Assembly (NCBI RefSeq): GCF_937873245.1
Contig: NZ_CALMVY010000114.1
Source: an uncultured Arthrobacter sp.
GTDB taxonomy: Bacteria > Actinomycetota > Actinomycetes > Actinomycetales > Micrococcaceae
DNA length: 46,266 nt
Direction: 5' to 3' (one strand)
Below the pieces are notes generated by a model. The model searched no databases. It saw only the letters and a program-made list of their open reading frames with translations, and was not told the origin of the DNA. A program made the translations under genes and the position numbers. Shown here piece by piece: positions 10,703 to 20,210 of the stretch (the stretch's first letter is position 1; each line of letters begins with the position of its first letter).

Positions 10703-10708
10703 GTACCT

Positions 10709-10730
10709 AATCTACCGCCGGGCTGCGACC
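10709..10730 (-). promoter_or_regulatory. RecA-NDp/PafBC-type DNA-damage promoter of leaderless uvrB
   Basis: Minus strand GGTCGC-N10-TAGATT-6 nt-ATG; same geometry as TGTCGG-N10-TA-N3-T (4/6 in the upstream hexamer). Confidence 0.5.
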
Positions 10731-10742
10731 GGATGTCCTGAT

Positions 10743-12032
10743 TCAGCTTTGGGCGGTACCGGAGCCGGTACCTTCCGTGTCCGACTTCGTCTCCGGCCGG
10801 GTTCCGGAACGGGGTTCGGGTTCGGCGTACGACGGCGGCCGCCAGCCCGTGCGCCGGGCCCACGAGTCCATCCGCGGCGCGGCGTAGTCCGTGAACCAGC
10901 CCTCCTTGTCGGCGGCGTAGCCCGCGGTGGATTTGTCCACGCCATGCAACTTGGCGACGCGGCGTTTCTCGGCCAGGTAGTCGGCCCGGGCGGCCGCGTC
11001 GTCGCGCAGCCAGTCCCGGAAGCAGAGCGCAAACCGCCAGCCCGGGGACCCGACAGCACGGACGTGGAGGTTGACCGCCCGCCCGGGGTCCGCGTTGCCG
11101 TGCAGCCGTTTCCGCCAGTCCGCCGGGTCCGGGTGCGAGGGCTTGGGGTTGTCCGAGGAGACCCCGGGCCAGCTGGGGAAGCCCGCGTCGGCCAGCAGCG
11201 GCGCGATCCGCTCCGCGGCGGCCAGGTCCTCCACCCCGAGCTGGAGGTCGATCACGTCCTTCGCGGCGAGTCCGGGGACGGCAGTGGAACCGACATGGTC
11301 CAGGGCCAGGATGTCCTCCCCCACGGCCGCCCTCAGGCGCGCGATGAGCCGGCCGGCCTGTGCGGGCCACTCCGGGTTGGCGGGCATGAGCACCGGCCCG
11401 CCGGCGCGGGGTGCGAGGCGGTGCCTGGACAGGTTCGACGCAAAGGGCGCCAGCCGGAACTTCCAGAGCCGGTCCACCGCATCCCGTAGTTCGTCCTTGG
11501 AACCCGAGTTGTCCAGGACCACGTCGGCCGCGGCCAGCCGTTCGTCGCGCGGGGCCTGGGCCGCCATCCTGGCGCGGGCTTCCTCCGTGGTCAGGTGCCG
11601 GTGCTGCACCATGCGCTCAACGCGGACGTCGTCCGGGGCGTCCACCACCACCACCAGGTGGAAATTGGCGCCCTGGCCGGTCTCGACCAGCAGCGGGATA
11701 TCCTGGACCACCACCGCGCCTTTCGGGGCGCCGGCAGCCAGCGCGGCGGCGCGCTCCCGGACGAGGGGATGGACGATGCCGTTGAGCACACCGAGCCGTT
11801 CGGGGTTGCCGAAGACGAGGGCGCCGAGCTTCGGCCGGTCCAGGCCGCCGTCGGCCGCCAGGACGGCCTTGCTGAAGGCAGCCACGACCTGCGCGAGGCC
11901 GGGCGTGCCGGGTTCCACCACCTCGCGGGCCAGGGCGTCGGCGTCGATCACCACTGCGCCGAGTTCACGCAGGCGCGAGGCCGCCACTGACTTCCCTGAG
12001 GCGATGCCGCCCGTCAACCCGATTTTCAGCAC
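10743..12032 (-). CDS. coaE: dephospho-CoA kinase fused to a C-terminal GrpB/UPF0157 domain
   Basis: IGLTGGIASGKS P-loop, DIPLLVE; C-terminal DHVGSTAVPGLAAKDVIDL and FRDWLR GrpB motifs. Confidence 0.95.
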   Translation of the reverse strand: MLKIGLTGGIASGKSVAASRLRELGAVVIDADALAREVVEPGTPGLAQVVAAFSKAVLAADGGLDRPKLGALVFGNPERLGVLNGIVHPLVRERAAALAAGAPKGAVVVQDIPLLVETGQGANFHLVVVVDAPDDVRVERMVQHRHLTTEEARARMAAQAPRDERLAAADVVLDNSGSKDELRDAVDRLWKFRLAPFASNLSRHRLAPRAGGPVLMPANPEWPAQAGRLIARLRAAVGEDILALDHVGSTAVPGLAAKDVIDLQLGVEDLAAAERIAPLLADAGFPSWPGVSSDNPKPSHPDPADWRKRLHGNADPGRAVNLHVRAVGSPGWRFALCFRDWLRDDAAARADYLAEKRRVAKLHGVDKSTAGYAADKEGWFTDYAAPRMDSWARRTGWRPPSYAEPEPRSGTRPETKSDTEGTGSGTAQS

Positions 12033-12054
12033 CCCACCAGACTAAACTGATCCG

Positions 12055-12756
12055 GTGGCTGAAGACGTGGTTTTCCCGGAGAGCAGGGCCACCGTTTACA
12101 CCACCCTGGCCGCGGGTCCGGAGTTCCGCCACGAGATCGAGGTGAAACGTTCGCGCTTCATCACGGTGCTGCACCGGACCGGGGATGAGGAGGGCGCCCG
12201 GTCGGTCCTCGCCGGGCTGCGCAAGGAATTCCATGATGCGCGGCACCACTGCTCCGCGTTCGTCCTCGGTCCGGACCGCGGCCTGCAACGGTCCAACGAC
12301 GACGGCGAGCCGTCCGGAACCGCGGGCATCCCGATGCTCGACGCGCTGCTGAAACGCGAGACCGCGCCCGGCGTGACGGACCTCAGCGACGTGACCGCCG
12401 TCGTCGTCCGCTATTTCGGCGGGATCCTGCTCGGCGCCGGCGGACTCGTCCGGGCCTACTCAGAGTCCGTGACCGCTGCCCTGGACCGGGCGCCGCTGGT
12501 GCAGCGGCGCCGGCAGCGGATCTGCAGGGTGACAGTCCCCCACGCGACGGCCGGCCGGCTGGAAAATGACCTGCGCGCCGCGGGCTATGTCATGGCCGAA
12601 ACCAGCTACGAGGCGCAGACTACTGTTCTGAGGCTTGCCCTGCCGGACGATCCGGCGGCGCTGGCCCGGGCGGGTGAACGGCTGGCCGCGCTGTCAGCCG
12701 GATCCGCCGAGTTGGTGCCTGGAGAAACGGAGTGGATCGATGTCCCCCTCAGCTGA
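12055..12756 (+). CDS. yigZ: IMPACT/YigZ family protein
   Basis: EVKRSRF, ARHHCSA, DDGEPSGTAG.P, VVRYFGGILLGAGGLVRAY. Confidence 0.9.
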   Translation: MAEDVVFPESRATVYTTLAAGPEFRHEIEVKRSRFITVLHRTGDEEGARSVLAGLRKEFHDARHHCSAFVLGPDRGLQRSNDDGEPSGTAGIPMLDALLKRETAPGVTDLSDVTAVVVRYFGGILLGAGGLVRAYSESVTAALDRAPLVQRRRQRICRVTVPHATAGRLENDLRAAGYVMAETSYEAQTTVLRLALPDDPAALARAGERLAALSAGSAELVPGETEWIDVPLS

Positions 12757-13264
12757 GCCGTTGCCGGCCCCGGTCCGGCTTGTCGACGTCTCCGATGCGG
12801 TCCTGGAGCGGCTCCTGACCGTCGCGATCCAGGACGCCGACGCCGACGAGGTGACGCCTCCGCTGGGCAGCGCGGCCGGCTGGAATTCGGAGCGCATCAG
12901 CTGGTTCCGTGAATACCACCACGCCGCGGCGGGGCTCGACGGGCCCGCGCAGCAAAAGAGCTGGGCGATCAGCTGCGACGGGAAACTGGCCGGATCCATC
13001 CGGCTCAAGCGGACCGGTGACGGCACCCTGGAAACCGGAATCTGGCTGGGCCGCAGCTTCCGCGGACAGGGAATCGCCCGGGAAGCCCTCCGACTGGTGA
13101 TCGACCGGGCCGCCGCGTCCGGCGCGACGGTCCTGGAAGCCGACACGACGGCCGGGAACACCGCGGCCCTCGTGCTGCTGCGCTCGGCCGGGGCCATGCT
13201 CGACGAGGGACACGCCTCCGGTGATGCCGCAATTCCGGTCAAGGCCAGGATCCCGCTGCGCTGA
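12740..13264 (+). CDS. GNAT (RimJ/RimL-like) acetyltransferase
   Basis: ETGIWLGRSFRGQGIAREAL acetyl-CoA motif, T..GNTAA; ATG 12740 overlaps the yigZ end. Confidence 0.75.
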   Translation: MSPSAEPLPAPVRLVDVSDAVLERLLTVAIQDADADEVTPPLGSAAGWNSERISWFREYHHAAAGLDGPAQQKSWAISCDGKLAGSIRLKRTGDGTLETGIWLGRSFRGQGIAREALRLVIDRAAASGATVLEADTTAGNTAALVLLRSAGAMLDEGHASGDAAIPVKARIPLR

Positions 13265-13275
13265 CGGCCGCCACC

Positions 13276-13662
13276 CCACCGGACATGCCCAGCCCTGGCT
13301 GCGAACACTGGACATAATCCCATCCTGCCCAATCCCCGGCTCCAGGACTGGACATGCTCCCTCGCCGCCGCCATCGAAGGACTGGACATGCTCCCTGACC
13401 GCCGCCATCGAAGGACTGGACATGCTCCCTGGCCGGCGCTCTCGAAGGACTGGACATGCTCCCCCGTCCCGGCGCAGGCGGTCCGGGAAACAGGGCATGC
13501 GCCACGTCCGCGCCCAGGGCTGGACATACTGCCCCTATGTCCAGTGGCCGCGGCCAGGAGTGGGCATATCCCGCGGAGCGGGAGCCTAAGAATGGGCATG
13601 TCCCGTGGAGCGGGAGCATAAGAATGGGCATGCCCCGTGGCGGTGGGCGACCGCGGGGCATG
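13276..13662. repeat. Intergenic cluster of GGACAT-core palindromic repeats (REP/REPIN-like)
   Basis: Degenerate 89-bp-type unit from 13276; 4x AGGACTGGACATGCTCCC at 13344/13378/13412/13446 (34-bp period); inverted unit ~13488-13576; GGGCATRYCCCG at 13562/13594/13626 (32-bp period). Confidence 0.85.
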
Positions 13663-13671
13663 TGCTTAAGC

Positions 13672-13707
13672 GAAAAGTGGCCGCCCCCTAGGGGGACGGC
13701 CACTTTC
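13672..13707 (-). terminator. Rho-independent terminator of rpsA (possibly bidirectional)
   Basis: GAAAAGTGGCCGCCCCC-TA-GGGGGACGGCCACTTTC hairpin with A/T tracts on both sides. Confidence 0.75.
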
Positions 13708-13773
13708 ACGGTGTTACTTCAAGCTGGCAACTGCCAAGCCCCGGGGAGCGGACTCCCCGGGATCTGTGGGCAA

Positions 13774-15249
13774 TTAGTTGCCGGTCAGCTTCTCGCGCAG
13801 AGCAGCAAGAGCCTCGTCCGAAGCAAGCGTGCCTGCACCGGTCTCGGTTGCGGCCGGCTCGGAGGAGTAGCTGGTGGTGCCGGAGTCGCTCTCGCCGGAC
13901 GTTGCAGCTGCAGCGTCATCGGCAGCGTGCTGGGCAACCTGCTTCTTGTGGGCTTCCCAGCGGGTCTGGGCGTCAGCGTACTGCTGCTCCCAGGCGGCGC
14001 GCTGCGTCTCGTAGCCTTCAAGCCACTCGTTGGACTCCGGATCGAAGCCCTCCGGGTACTTGTAGTTGCCCTCTTCGTCGTACTCTGCGGCCATGCCGTA
14101 GAGAGCCGGATCGAATTCGGTGGACTCGGCGTCGACGCCCTCGTTGGCCTGCTTGAGGGACAGCGAGATGCGGCGGCGCTCGAGGTCGATGTCGATGACC
14201 TTGACGAACAGCTCGTCACCGACGGAGACAACCTGCTCGGCCAGCTCAACGTGGCGCACGGCGAGCTCGGAGATGTGGACCAGGCCTTCGATGCCGTCTT
14301 CAACGCGAACGAACGCGCCGAACGGAACCAGCTTGGTGACCTTACCCGGAACAACCTGCCCGAGGGCGTGGGTGCGGGCGAAGGTCTGCCACGGATCTTC
14401 CTGCGTAGCCTTGAGCGACAGGGAAACACGCTCGCGGTCCAGGTCGACCTCGAGAACCTCGACGGTGACTTCCTGGCCAACTTCGACAACCTCGGACGGG
14501 TGGTCGATGTGCTTCCAGGACAGCTCGGAAACGTGTACCAGGCCGTCTACGCCGCCCAGGTCCACGAAGGCACCGAAGTTGACGATGGAGGAAACGACGC
14601 CGGGACGGACCTGGCCCTTTTCCAGCTTGTTGAGGAACGTGGAGCGGACCTCGGACTGGGTCTGCTCGAGCCATGCACGGCGGGACAGCACAACGTTGTT
14701 GCGGTTCTTGTCCAGCTCGATGATCTTGGCTTCGATCTGCTGACCGATGTACGGAGCAAGGTCGCGCACACGGCGCATCTCGACGAGGGATGCGGGCAGG
14801 AAGCCGCGCAGACCGATGTCGAGGATAAGACCACCCTTGACAACCTCGATGACGGTACCGGTGACGACACCGTCTTCTTCCTTGACCTTCTCGATGTCGC
14901 CCCAGGCACGCTCGTACTGAGCACGCTTCTTGGAGAGGATCAGGCGGCCTTCTTTGTCTTCCTTGGTGAGCACCAGGGCTTCGACGAGATCGCCAACGGA
15001 GACGACGTCTCCGGGATCAACATCGTGCTTGATGGACAGCTCGCGGGAGGGAATGACACCTTCGGTCTTGTAACCGATGTCGAGCAGAACTTCGTCGCGG
15101 TCGACCTTGACGACGGTACCTTCGACGAGGTCTCCGTCGTTGAAGTACTTGATGGTGGCGTCGACTGCTGCGAGGAAGTCCTCAGCGGTACCGATGTCGT
15201 TAATCGCGACTACGGGGGTACCGGGCTTCTCGGTGGAGGTGATGGTCAT
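13774..15249 (-). CDS. rpsA: 30S ribosomal protein S1
   Basis: Four S1 repeats, actinobacterial C-terminal LASDEALAALREKL; high-expression codon usage. Confidence 0.98.
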   Translation of the reverse strand: MTITSTEKPGTPVVAINDIGTAEDFLAAVDATIKYFNDGDLVEGTVVKVDRDEVLLDIGYKTEGVIPSRELSIKHDVDPGDVVSVGDLVEALVLTKEDKEGRLILSKKRAQYERAWGDIEKVKEEDGVVTGTVIEVVKGGLILDIGLRGFLPASLVEMRRVRDLAPYIGQQIEAKIIELDKNRNNVVLSRRAWLEQTQSEVRSTFLNKLEKGQVRPGVVSSIVNFGAFVDLGGVDGLVHVSELSWKHIDHPSEVVEVGQEVTVEVLEVDLDRERVSLSLKATQEDPWQTFARTHALGQVVPGKVTKLVPFGAFVRVEDGIEGLVHISELAVRHVELAEQVVSVGDELFVKVIDIDLERRRISLSLKQANEGVDAESTEFDPALYGMAAEYDEEGNYKYPEGFDPESNEWLEGYETQRAAWEQQYADAQTRWEAHKKQVAQHAADDAAAATSGESDSGTTSYSSEPAATETGAGTLASDEALAALREKLTGN

Positions 15250-15447
15250 GTAGTAGGGGCTCCGTTGTGGATAGTTAGTCGGTCAGGCAAACCGCTGCGC
15301 CCGCGTCGGCGACACGGGCACAGAACACGGCAAACGCCGGGTCATCCTGATTTGTGGATTGTAGATGCGCGCACGTAGTGCACGCCCGTTTAGTCTAGTC
15401 GCTTTCGTGAACGGGGGTCAAAGCGCCAGAGGACGGCGGAATGCAAC

Positions 15448-16737
15448 TCAAAAGTGCGTCAGGCAGTGCGGTGCGCGTTCGACGGCGAACATGAGCCTCG
15501 CTGTCTGGGCCGCCCCGGGTGCGTGCTCGGTGATCCGCCCGGCGGCGGCCAGGGTCACCGGGCAGACAGCGCCAAGATAGATGGATCCAAGGAACGCGAC
15601 GTCGAGGGACAGCTCGGCCTCGGTGCCTTCCGGAGCCTCCACAACGCTTGCCTCCCCGCCGTTCACGGTCAGGGTGTACGTGCCGGCCGCGAAGCCCAGG
15701 GTGTCCGTGACGCGCAGCACCAGGCTCCCGTCGGACGAGTAACGCCTCGCCCCAAGGGCCTTGACGGTGTCGAGAACCCGAAGCCAGAGCATGTCGGCGT
15801 TCTCTCCGGATTCGATGCAGCGCGGGTCCTCCAAGGCCCACGTCAGGGGGTCGTCCACGGGTGCTTCGGCCCAGGTGACCCGCTGGATCATGTCGATGCT
15901 GCCGAGGAACTGCCAAAGGTCCAGGTAGCCGGAATCGGTGGCGGCCACGAGGTCGATGACTTCCATGGTGAAGGGCTTGGTGTCCCAGCCGGAGAACTTG
16001 TAGGCGACGTAGCCGTCCACTCCGCCGTCTGCGTCGTAGTGCAGGGCGCACCGGATCGACTCGTCCTCGGCGCCGTCCCGGCCGAGGGTGCCCGAGCTGC
16101 GCTGCCGGTACGCATCCTGCCGCACAATGGAACCCGGCGTGACCCGGTGGACGCGGTCGAACACGTCCGGCGCCAGTTCCAGCAGGACCTTCCGGTCGGC
16201 AATTTCCACCGTTCCGCCCGGGGTGTGCCGCAGCCGGAACCGGGGGCCGGTGTCCACCTTGATGCTGCGCTCGAACGTCGCAACGCCGAAGCCGAAGCGC
16301 CCGTAGATGGAGGCTTCCGACGCCGTGAGGGCGGCCAATGCCAGTCCGTCGGCTTTCGAACCTGCGAGGTCCTCGGTCATCATCCGGCGCAGGAGCCCCT
16401 GCCGGCGGTGGGTTCCCCGGACCGTCACTGCGGTGATCAGCTGTGCTTCGAGCTGCCGGCCATGGCCGATGTTGAGGTCCTTGCGCAGGGTCGCAAAAGT
16501 TGCCACGGGGATATCGGCGGCCAAAGAGTGCGCGGCGACGGGGCCGGTCTGGTAGACGCCCGTCATCTCGCGGTTGTCCACCCGGTACATGGCCATGACC
16601 TTGTCCACGAACTCGTCCTTGTGCCGCTCGTCGTAGAACCCGACGCCGACCCCGCGCAGCCAGGCAACCCCCAGCGCGTAGTCCGGTTCGCCTTTTTCGG
16701 CCGCGCGGAACCGCCGAATCTCGTACTTCTCAGCCAC
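15448..16737 (-). CDS. Eis-like GNAT acetyltransferase (tandem GNAT plus SCP2-like domain)
   Basis: VTVRGTHRRQGLLRRMM, LTASEASIYGRFGFG, LWLRVLD, LGSIYLG; start set at GTG 16737 behind GGAG (TTG 16773 is an alternative). Confidence 0.85.
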   Translation of the reverse strand: MAEKYEIRRFRAAEKGEPDYALGVAWLRGVGVGFYDERHKDEFVDKVMAMYRVDNREMTGVYQTGPVAAHSLAADIPVATFATLRKDLNIGHGRQLEAQLITAVTVRGTHRRQGLLRRMMTEDLAGSKADGLALAALTASEASIYGRFGFGVATFERSIKVDTGPRFRLRHTPGGTVEIADRKVLLELAPDVFDRVHRVTPGSIVRQDAYRQRSSGTLGRDGAEDESIRCALHYDADGGVDGYVAYKFSGWDTKPFTMEVIDLVAATDSGYLDLWQFLGSIDMIQRVTWAEAPVDDPLTWALEDPRCIESGENADMLWLRVLDTVKALGARRYSSDGSLVLRVTDTLGFAAGTYTLTVNGGEASVVEAPEGTEAELSLDVAFLGSIYLGAVCPVTLAAAGRITEHAPGAAQTARLMFAVERAPHCLTHF

Positions 16738-16785
16738 GTCGTTCTCCCCCTGGGAATCCTTTGTATCGCTCAAGCGAAGCTGGCG

Positions 16786-19659
16786 TCAGTGCCCGGCCTC
16801 GTACCAGCTGGAGCCGATGCCGATCTGGACATCGAGCGGCACCGTCAGCTTCGCCGCGGCGCCCATCTGCTCCGTGACAAGCTTCTCCACGGCATCACGC
16901 TCGCCGTGGGCCACTTCGAGGACCAGTTCATCATGGACCTGCAGCAGCATGCGCGATTTCAGGCCCTGCTCCGCCAGCGCGCCGGCGACGCCGAGCATGG
17001 CGCGTTTGATGATGTCCGCGGCGGAGCCCTGGATGGGTGAGTTCAGCGCGATGCGCTCCGCGTTCTCGCGCAGCTGGCGGTCGGTGCTGGTGAGGTCCGG
17101 CAGGTAGCGCCGGCGTCCTTCGATAGTGGCGGTGTACCCGTCGATCCTGGCCTGGTCCACCACGCCGCGCAGGTAGTCGCGGACGGCGCCGAACCGGTCG
17201 AAGTAGTCCTTCATCAGGGTCCGCGCCTCGTCGACGGAAATCTCCAGCTGCTTGGAGAGGCCGAACGAGGTCAACCCGTAGGCCAGGCCATAGGACATGG
17301 CCTTGACCTTCGAACGCATCGCACTGGTCACCTGGTCGGTGGGCACATGGAAGATGTTGGAACCCACGAACCGGTGCAGGTCTTCGCCGTCCTTGTACGC
17401 CTGAATCAGCCCCGGATCGCCGGACAGGTGCGCCATGATGCGCATCTCGATCTGCGAGTAGTCGGCGGACAGCAGGCAGTCATAGCCTTCGCTGACCACA
17501 AAGATGCCGCGGACCCGCCGGCCTTCCTCGCTGCGGATGGGGATGTTCTGCAGGTTCGGGTTATTGGACGAGATCCGGCCCGTGGCTGCCACGTTCTGCG
17601 CGTAGGTGGTGTGGATCCGGCCGTCGTCGGTGACGGACTTTTTCAGCGACTCCAGCATCTGCCGCAGCTTCGAGGACTCGCGGTGCGCCATGAGCTGGAC
17701 CAGGAATTCGTGGCCGGTCTTCTCCAGCAGGTTCTTCAGCGACGCGGCGTCCGTGGTGTACCCGGACTTGATCTTCTTGGTCTTCGGCAGACCCAACTCC
17801 TCGAACAGCACGGTCTGCAACTGCTTGGGTGACCCGAGGTTCACCTCGTGGCCGATCGCGGCGAAGGCAAGCTCCTGGGCGTTGTCGATCACTTTGGCGA
17901 GATCCGCCAGCTGTTCGTCCATGCGCGCCATGTCGATCGCGATGCCCGCGAGTTCCATGTCGGCAAGAACGCGGCTGACAGGCAGCTCAAGGGTGGTCAG
18001 CAGGTCCTGGGCTTTGCGTTCGGCCAGTTCCGTCTCGAAGTACCGGCTCAGCGCCCGGACGACGGCGGCCACGTGGACCAGCGCACCGGCAGCGGCGGCG
18101 TCGTCCTCGCCGTCGAACGCCAGCTCAAGCTGGCCGGCCTTGGCCGCCTCGGTCGAGACGCTGATGTTGAGGTGATGCTGGGCCAGTTCGGCGAGTTCAT
18201 AGCTGCGACGGTCGGGCTGGATAAGGTACCCGGATATGGAGGTGTCGTCCACCACGCCTTCCAAGCCAAGGCCACGGCTGGAAAGTGCTTTGAGGGCCGC
18301 CTTGTAGCCGTGCATGACTTTGGCCGCGCCGGCGTCCCTGAGCCAGCCGGCCATGACGTTCTCGGCAGCCGCGTCCTGGCTGGAGAGATCGATGTACGCA
18401 GCCCCGTTGTCGTGGATGATGGCCAGGGCTGCGGCATCCTCACCGATTCGGCCGGGCACGACGTCGACGGCGACGGCTGAACGCTGGCCGGCCCCGGCCT
18501 CGAGGAAAGCGGCCAGCTCGGCAGCGCCCGAGGGGATGACGAAATCGGGGGTTTCGAGGCTTTCCCGCTCCGCCTCCGGAACTTCACTGCCGTAGAGGGC
18601 AAAGAGGCGGGTGCGGATGGTCTTGAATTCAAGCGCGTCGAACAACTCCTCGAGGGCGGCCTGGTCCGGCCGCGGCTCCGCGAGCTCGTCCAGGGTCACC
18701 GGGAGCTCGAGGTCCGTGTGGAGCCGGTTCAGCCGGCGGTTGCGCTTGACCTCCTCCACGTTTTCGCGGAGCGAGTCCCCCACCTTGCCGCCGATCGCGT
18801 CAAGGTTCTCCAGGACCCCCTCCAGCCCGCCGTACAGGTTGATCCATTTGGCCGCCGTTTTGGGGCCGACGCCGGGAACGCCCGGGAGGTTGTCCGCGGA
18901 CTCCCCCACCAGGGCCGCAAGGTCCGAATACTGGGCGGGGCTGACGAAGTACTTTTCCTGGATGGCGGTCGCATCCATTTTGGGAATGTCGCTGACGCCC
19001 TTCCTGGGGTACAGCACAAAAACGTTGTCCGTGATCAGCTGGAAGGCGTCACGGTCGCCCGAGACGAGCAGCACCTCGAAGCCTGCTTTTTCGCCCATTG
19101 CGGCGAGCGTGGCCAGGATGTCATCAGCTTCATAGCCGGGCATCTTGATGGTCTTGATCCCCCATGCGCCCATGACTTTGTCGATGAGGTCAATCTGGCC
19201 GCTCATCTCCCGGGGGGTCTCGTTGCGGCCACCCTTGTAGTCGCTGTACTCGGCCTTGCGGTGGGTGGTGTCGTCCGAGACGTCGAAGGCCACGGCGACG
19301 TGTGTTGGTTTCTGCTCCTTGATGAGGTTAATCAGCATGGACGTAAACCCGTGGATCGCGTTGGTGTGCTGCCCCGTGGCGGTGGAGAACTTGTCCGCGG
19401 GCAAGGCGAAGAACGCCCGGAATGCCATCGAGTGCCCGTCCAGGACCAGGAGCCGGGGCTGGTCCGTGATCGGAATCACGGGCGCCTCAGTGGCGGATAC
19501 CGGCTCCGCAGCCCGGCCTGACTTCCGGGCAGGCTTGGCCGCTGTCACTGACGCGGTCTCTGTTGCCGGGAGAAGGTCCACCGCGCTGTCTGTAGAAAGG
19601 GAGGCTGCAGAAAGGGGTGCGGAATTGGGTACAGAGGCCGGTTTGGTAGTTTCGCTCAC
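16786..19659 (-). CDS. polA: DNA polymerase I
   Basis: LDGHSMAFRAFFA 5'-3' exonuclease, GYEADD, SADYSQIEMR, K..SYGLAYG, LQVHDEL; start GTG 19659 (TAGGCT-7 nt-GTG). Confidence 0.97.
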   Translation of the reverse strand: MSETTKPASVPNSAPLSAASLSTDSAVDLLPATETASVTAAKPARKSGRAAEPVSATEAPVIPITDQPRLLVLDGHSMAFRAFFALPADKFSTATGQHTNAIHGFTSMLINLIKEQKPTHVAVAFDVSDDTTHRKAEYSDYKGGRNETPREMSGQIDLIDKVMGAWGIKTIKMPGYEADDILATLAAMGEKAGFEVLLVSGDRDAFQLITDNVFVLYPRKGVSDIPKMDATAIQEKYFVSPAQYSDLAALVGESADNLPGVPGVGPKTAAKWINLYGGLEGVLENLDAIGGKVGDSLRENVEEVKRNRRLNRLHTDLELPVTLDELAEPRPDQAALEELFDALEFKTIRTRLFALYGSEVPEAERESLETPDFVIPSGAAELAAFLEAGAGQRSAVAVDVVPGRIGEDAAALAIIHDNGAAYIDLSSQDAAAENVMAGWLRDAGAAKVMHGYKAALKALSSRGLGLEGVVDDTSISGYLIQPDRRSYELAELAQHHLNISVSTEAAKAGQLELAFDGEDDAAAAGALVHVAAVVRALSRYFETELAERKAQDLLTTLELPVSRVLADMELAGIAIDMARMDEQLADLAKVIDNAQELAFAAIGHEVNLGSPKQLQTVLFEELGLPKTKKIKSGYTTDAASLKNLLEKTGHEFLVQLMAHRESSKLRQMLESLKKSVTDDGRIHTTYAQNVAATGRISSNNPNLQNIPIRSEEGRRVRGIFVVSEGYDCLLSADYSQIEMRIMAHLSGDPGLIQAYKDGEDLHRFVGSNIFHVPTDQVTSAMRSKVKAMSYGLAYGLTSFGLSKQLEISVDEARTLMKDYFDRFGAVRDYLRGVVDQARIDGYTATIEGRRRYLPDLTSTDRQLRENAERIALNSPIQGSAADIIKRAMLGVAGALAEQGLKSRMLLQVHDELVLEVAHGERDAVEKLVTEQMGAAAKLTVPLDVQIGIGSSWYEAGH

Positions 19660-19678
19660 AGGTGCCAGCCTAGTTCCC

Positions 19679-20143
19679 ATGACGGACAATTTCACGCCGG
19701 GCCCGTACGCGGCCGAACTGGCGGCTGCCGGGATTCCCGAGGAAATGCATGACTGGCTGGGGCAATACGGTGTGGGCGCCCTGGTGGTGAAGATGGGGAT
19801 CCATTTCCTGGAGATGAGTCCCGAGCGGACAGTCGGCACCATGCCGGTGGAAGGCAACACCCAGGTGGCCGGGATCCTGCATGGCGGCGCCCATGTGGTC
19901 CTCGCGGAGACCCTGGGTTCCTTTGCTGCCGGAATGCACGCCGGGCCGGGACGTCAGGCGCTGGGGATCGACGTCAGCGCCACGCATCACCGGGCCATCA
20001 CCTCGGGCACCGTGACCGGGACATGCACGGCAATCCACCTCGGCCGCACCCTCACCACGCACGAGATCGTGATGACGGACGAGCTGGGCCGTCGGCTGTC
20101 CACGGCCCGCATCACCAACCTGATCCGCGACGTCGGCGCGTAG
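19679..20143 (+). CDS. PaaI/hotdog-fold thioesterase
   Basis: NTQVAGILHGGAHVVLAETLGS hotdog motif; divergent from polA. Confidence 0.9.
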   Translation: MTDNFTPGPYAAELAAAGIPEEMHDWLGQYGVGALVVKMGIHFLEMSPERTVGTMPVEGNTQVAGILHGGAHVVLAETLGSFAAGMHAGPGRQALGIDVSATHHRAITSGTVTGTCTAIHLGRTLTTHEIVMTDELGRRLSTARITNLIRDVGA

Positions 20144-20150
20144 GCACAAT

Positions 20151-20193
20151 CACAGGTACACGGGACACAGGTACACGGGCGGAATACACGGGC
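20151..20193 (+). repeat. Short direct repeats
   Basis: CACAGGTACACGGG at 20151 and 20166, third TACACGGGC at 20185. Confidence 0.55.
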
Positions 20194-20210
20194 ACTGAAG
20201 CGCGCAGGCT

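Noticed and set aside
8564..10741. Long antisense ORFs (also 13456-15378, 2818-4833, 31637-33487, 37117-39660, 24821-26695)
   Set aside because: Shadow frames opposite real high-GC3 genes; no recognisable motifs
13344..13463. CRISPR array
   Set aside because: 18-bp repeats with 16-nt spacers that resemble each other; no cas genes or leader; the repeat belongs to the dispersed GGACAT family
12694..13709. ORFs across the repeat clusters (also 33759-34452)
   Set aside because: Repetitive translations (GHAP/WTCS) simply reflect the DNA repeats; no start signals
15448..16737. Acquired aminoglycoside resistance gene
   Set aside because: Eis-like GNAT in a housekeeping position between polA and rpsA with no mobility signals; substrate unknown
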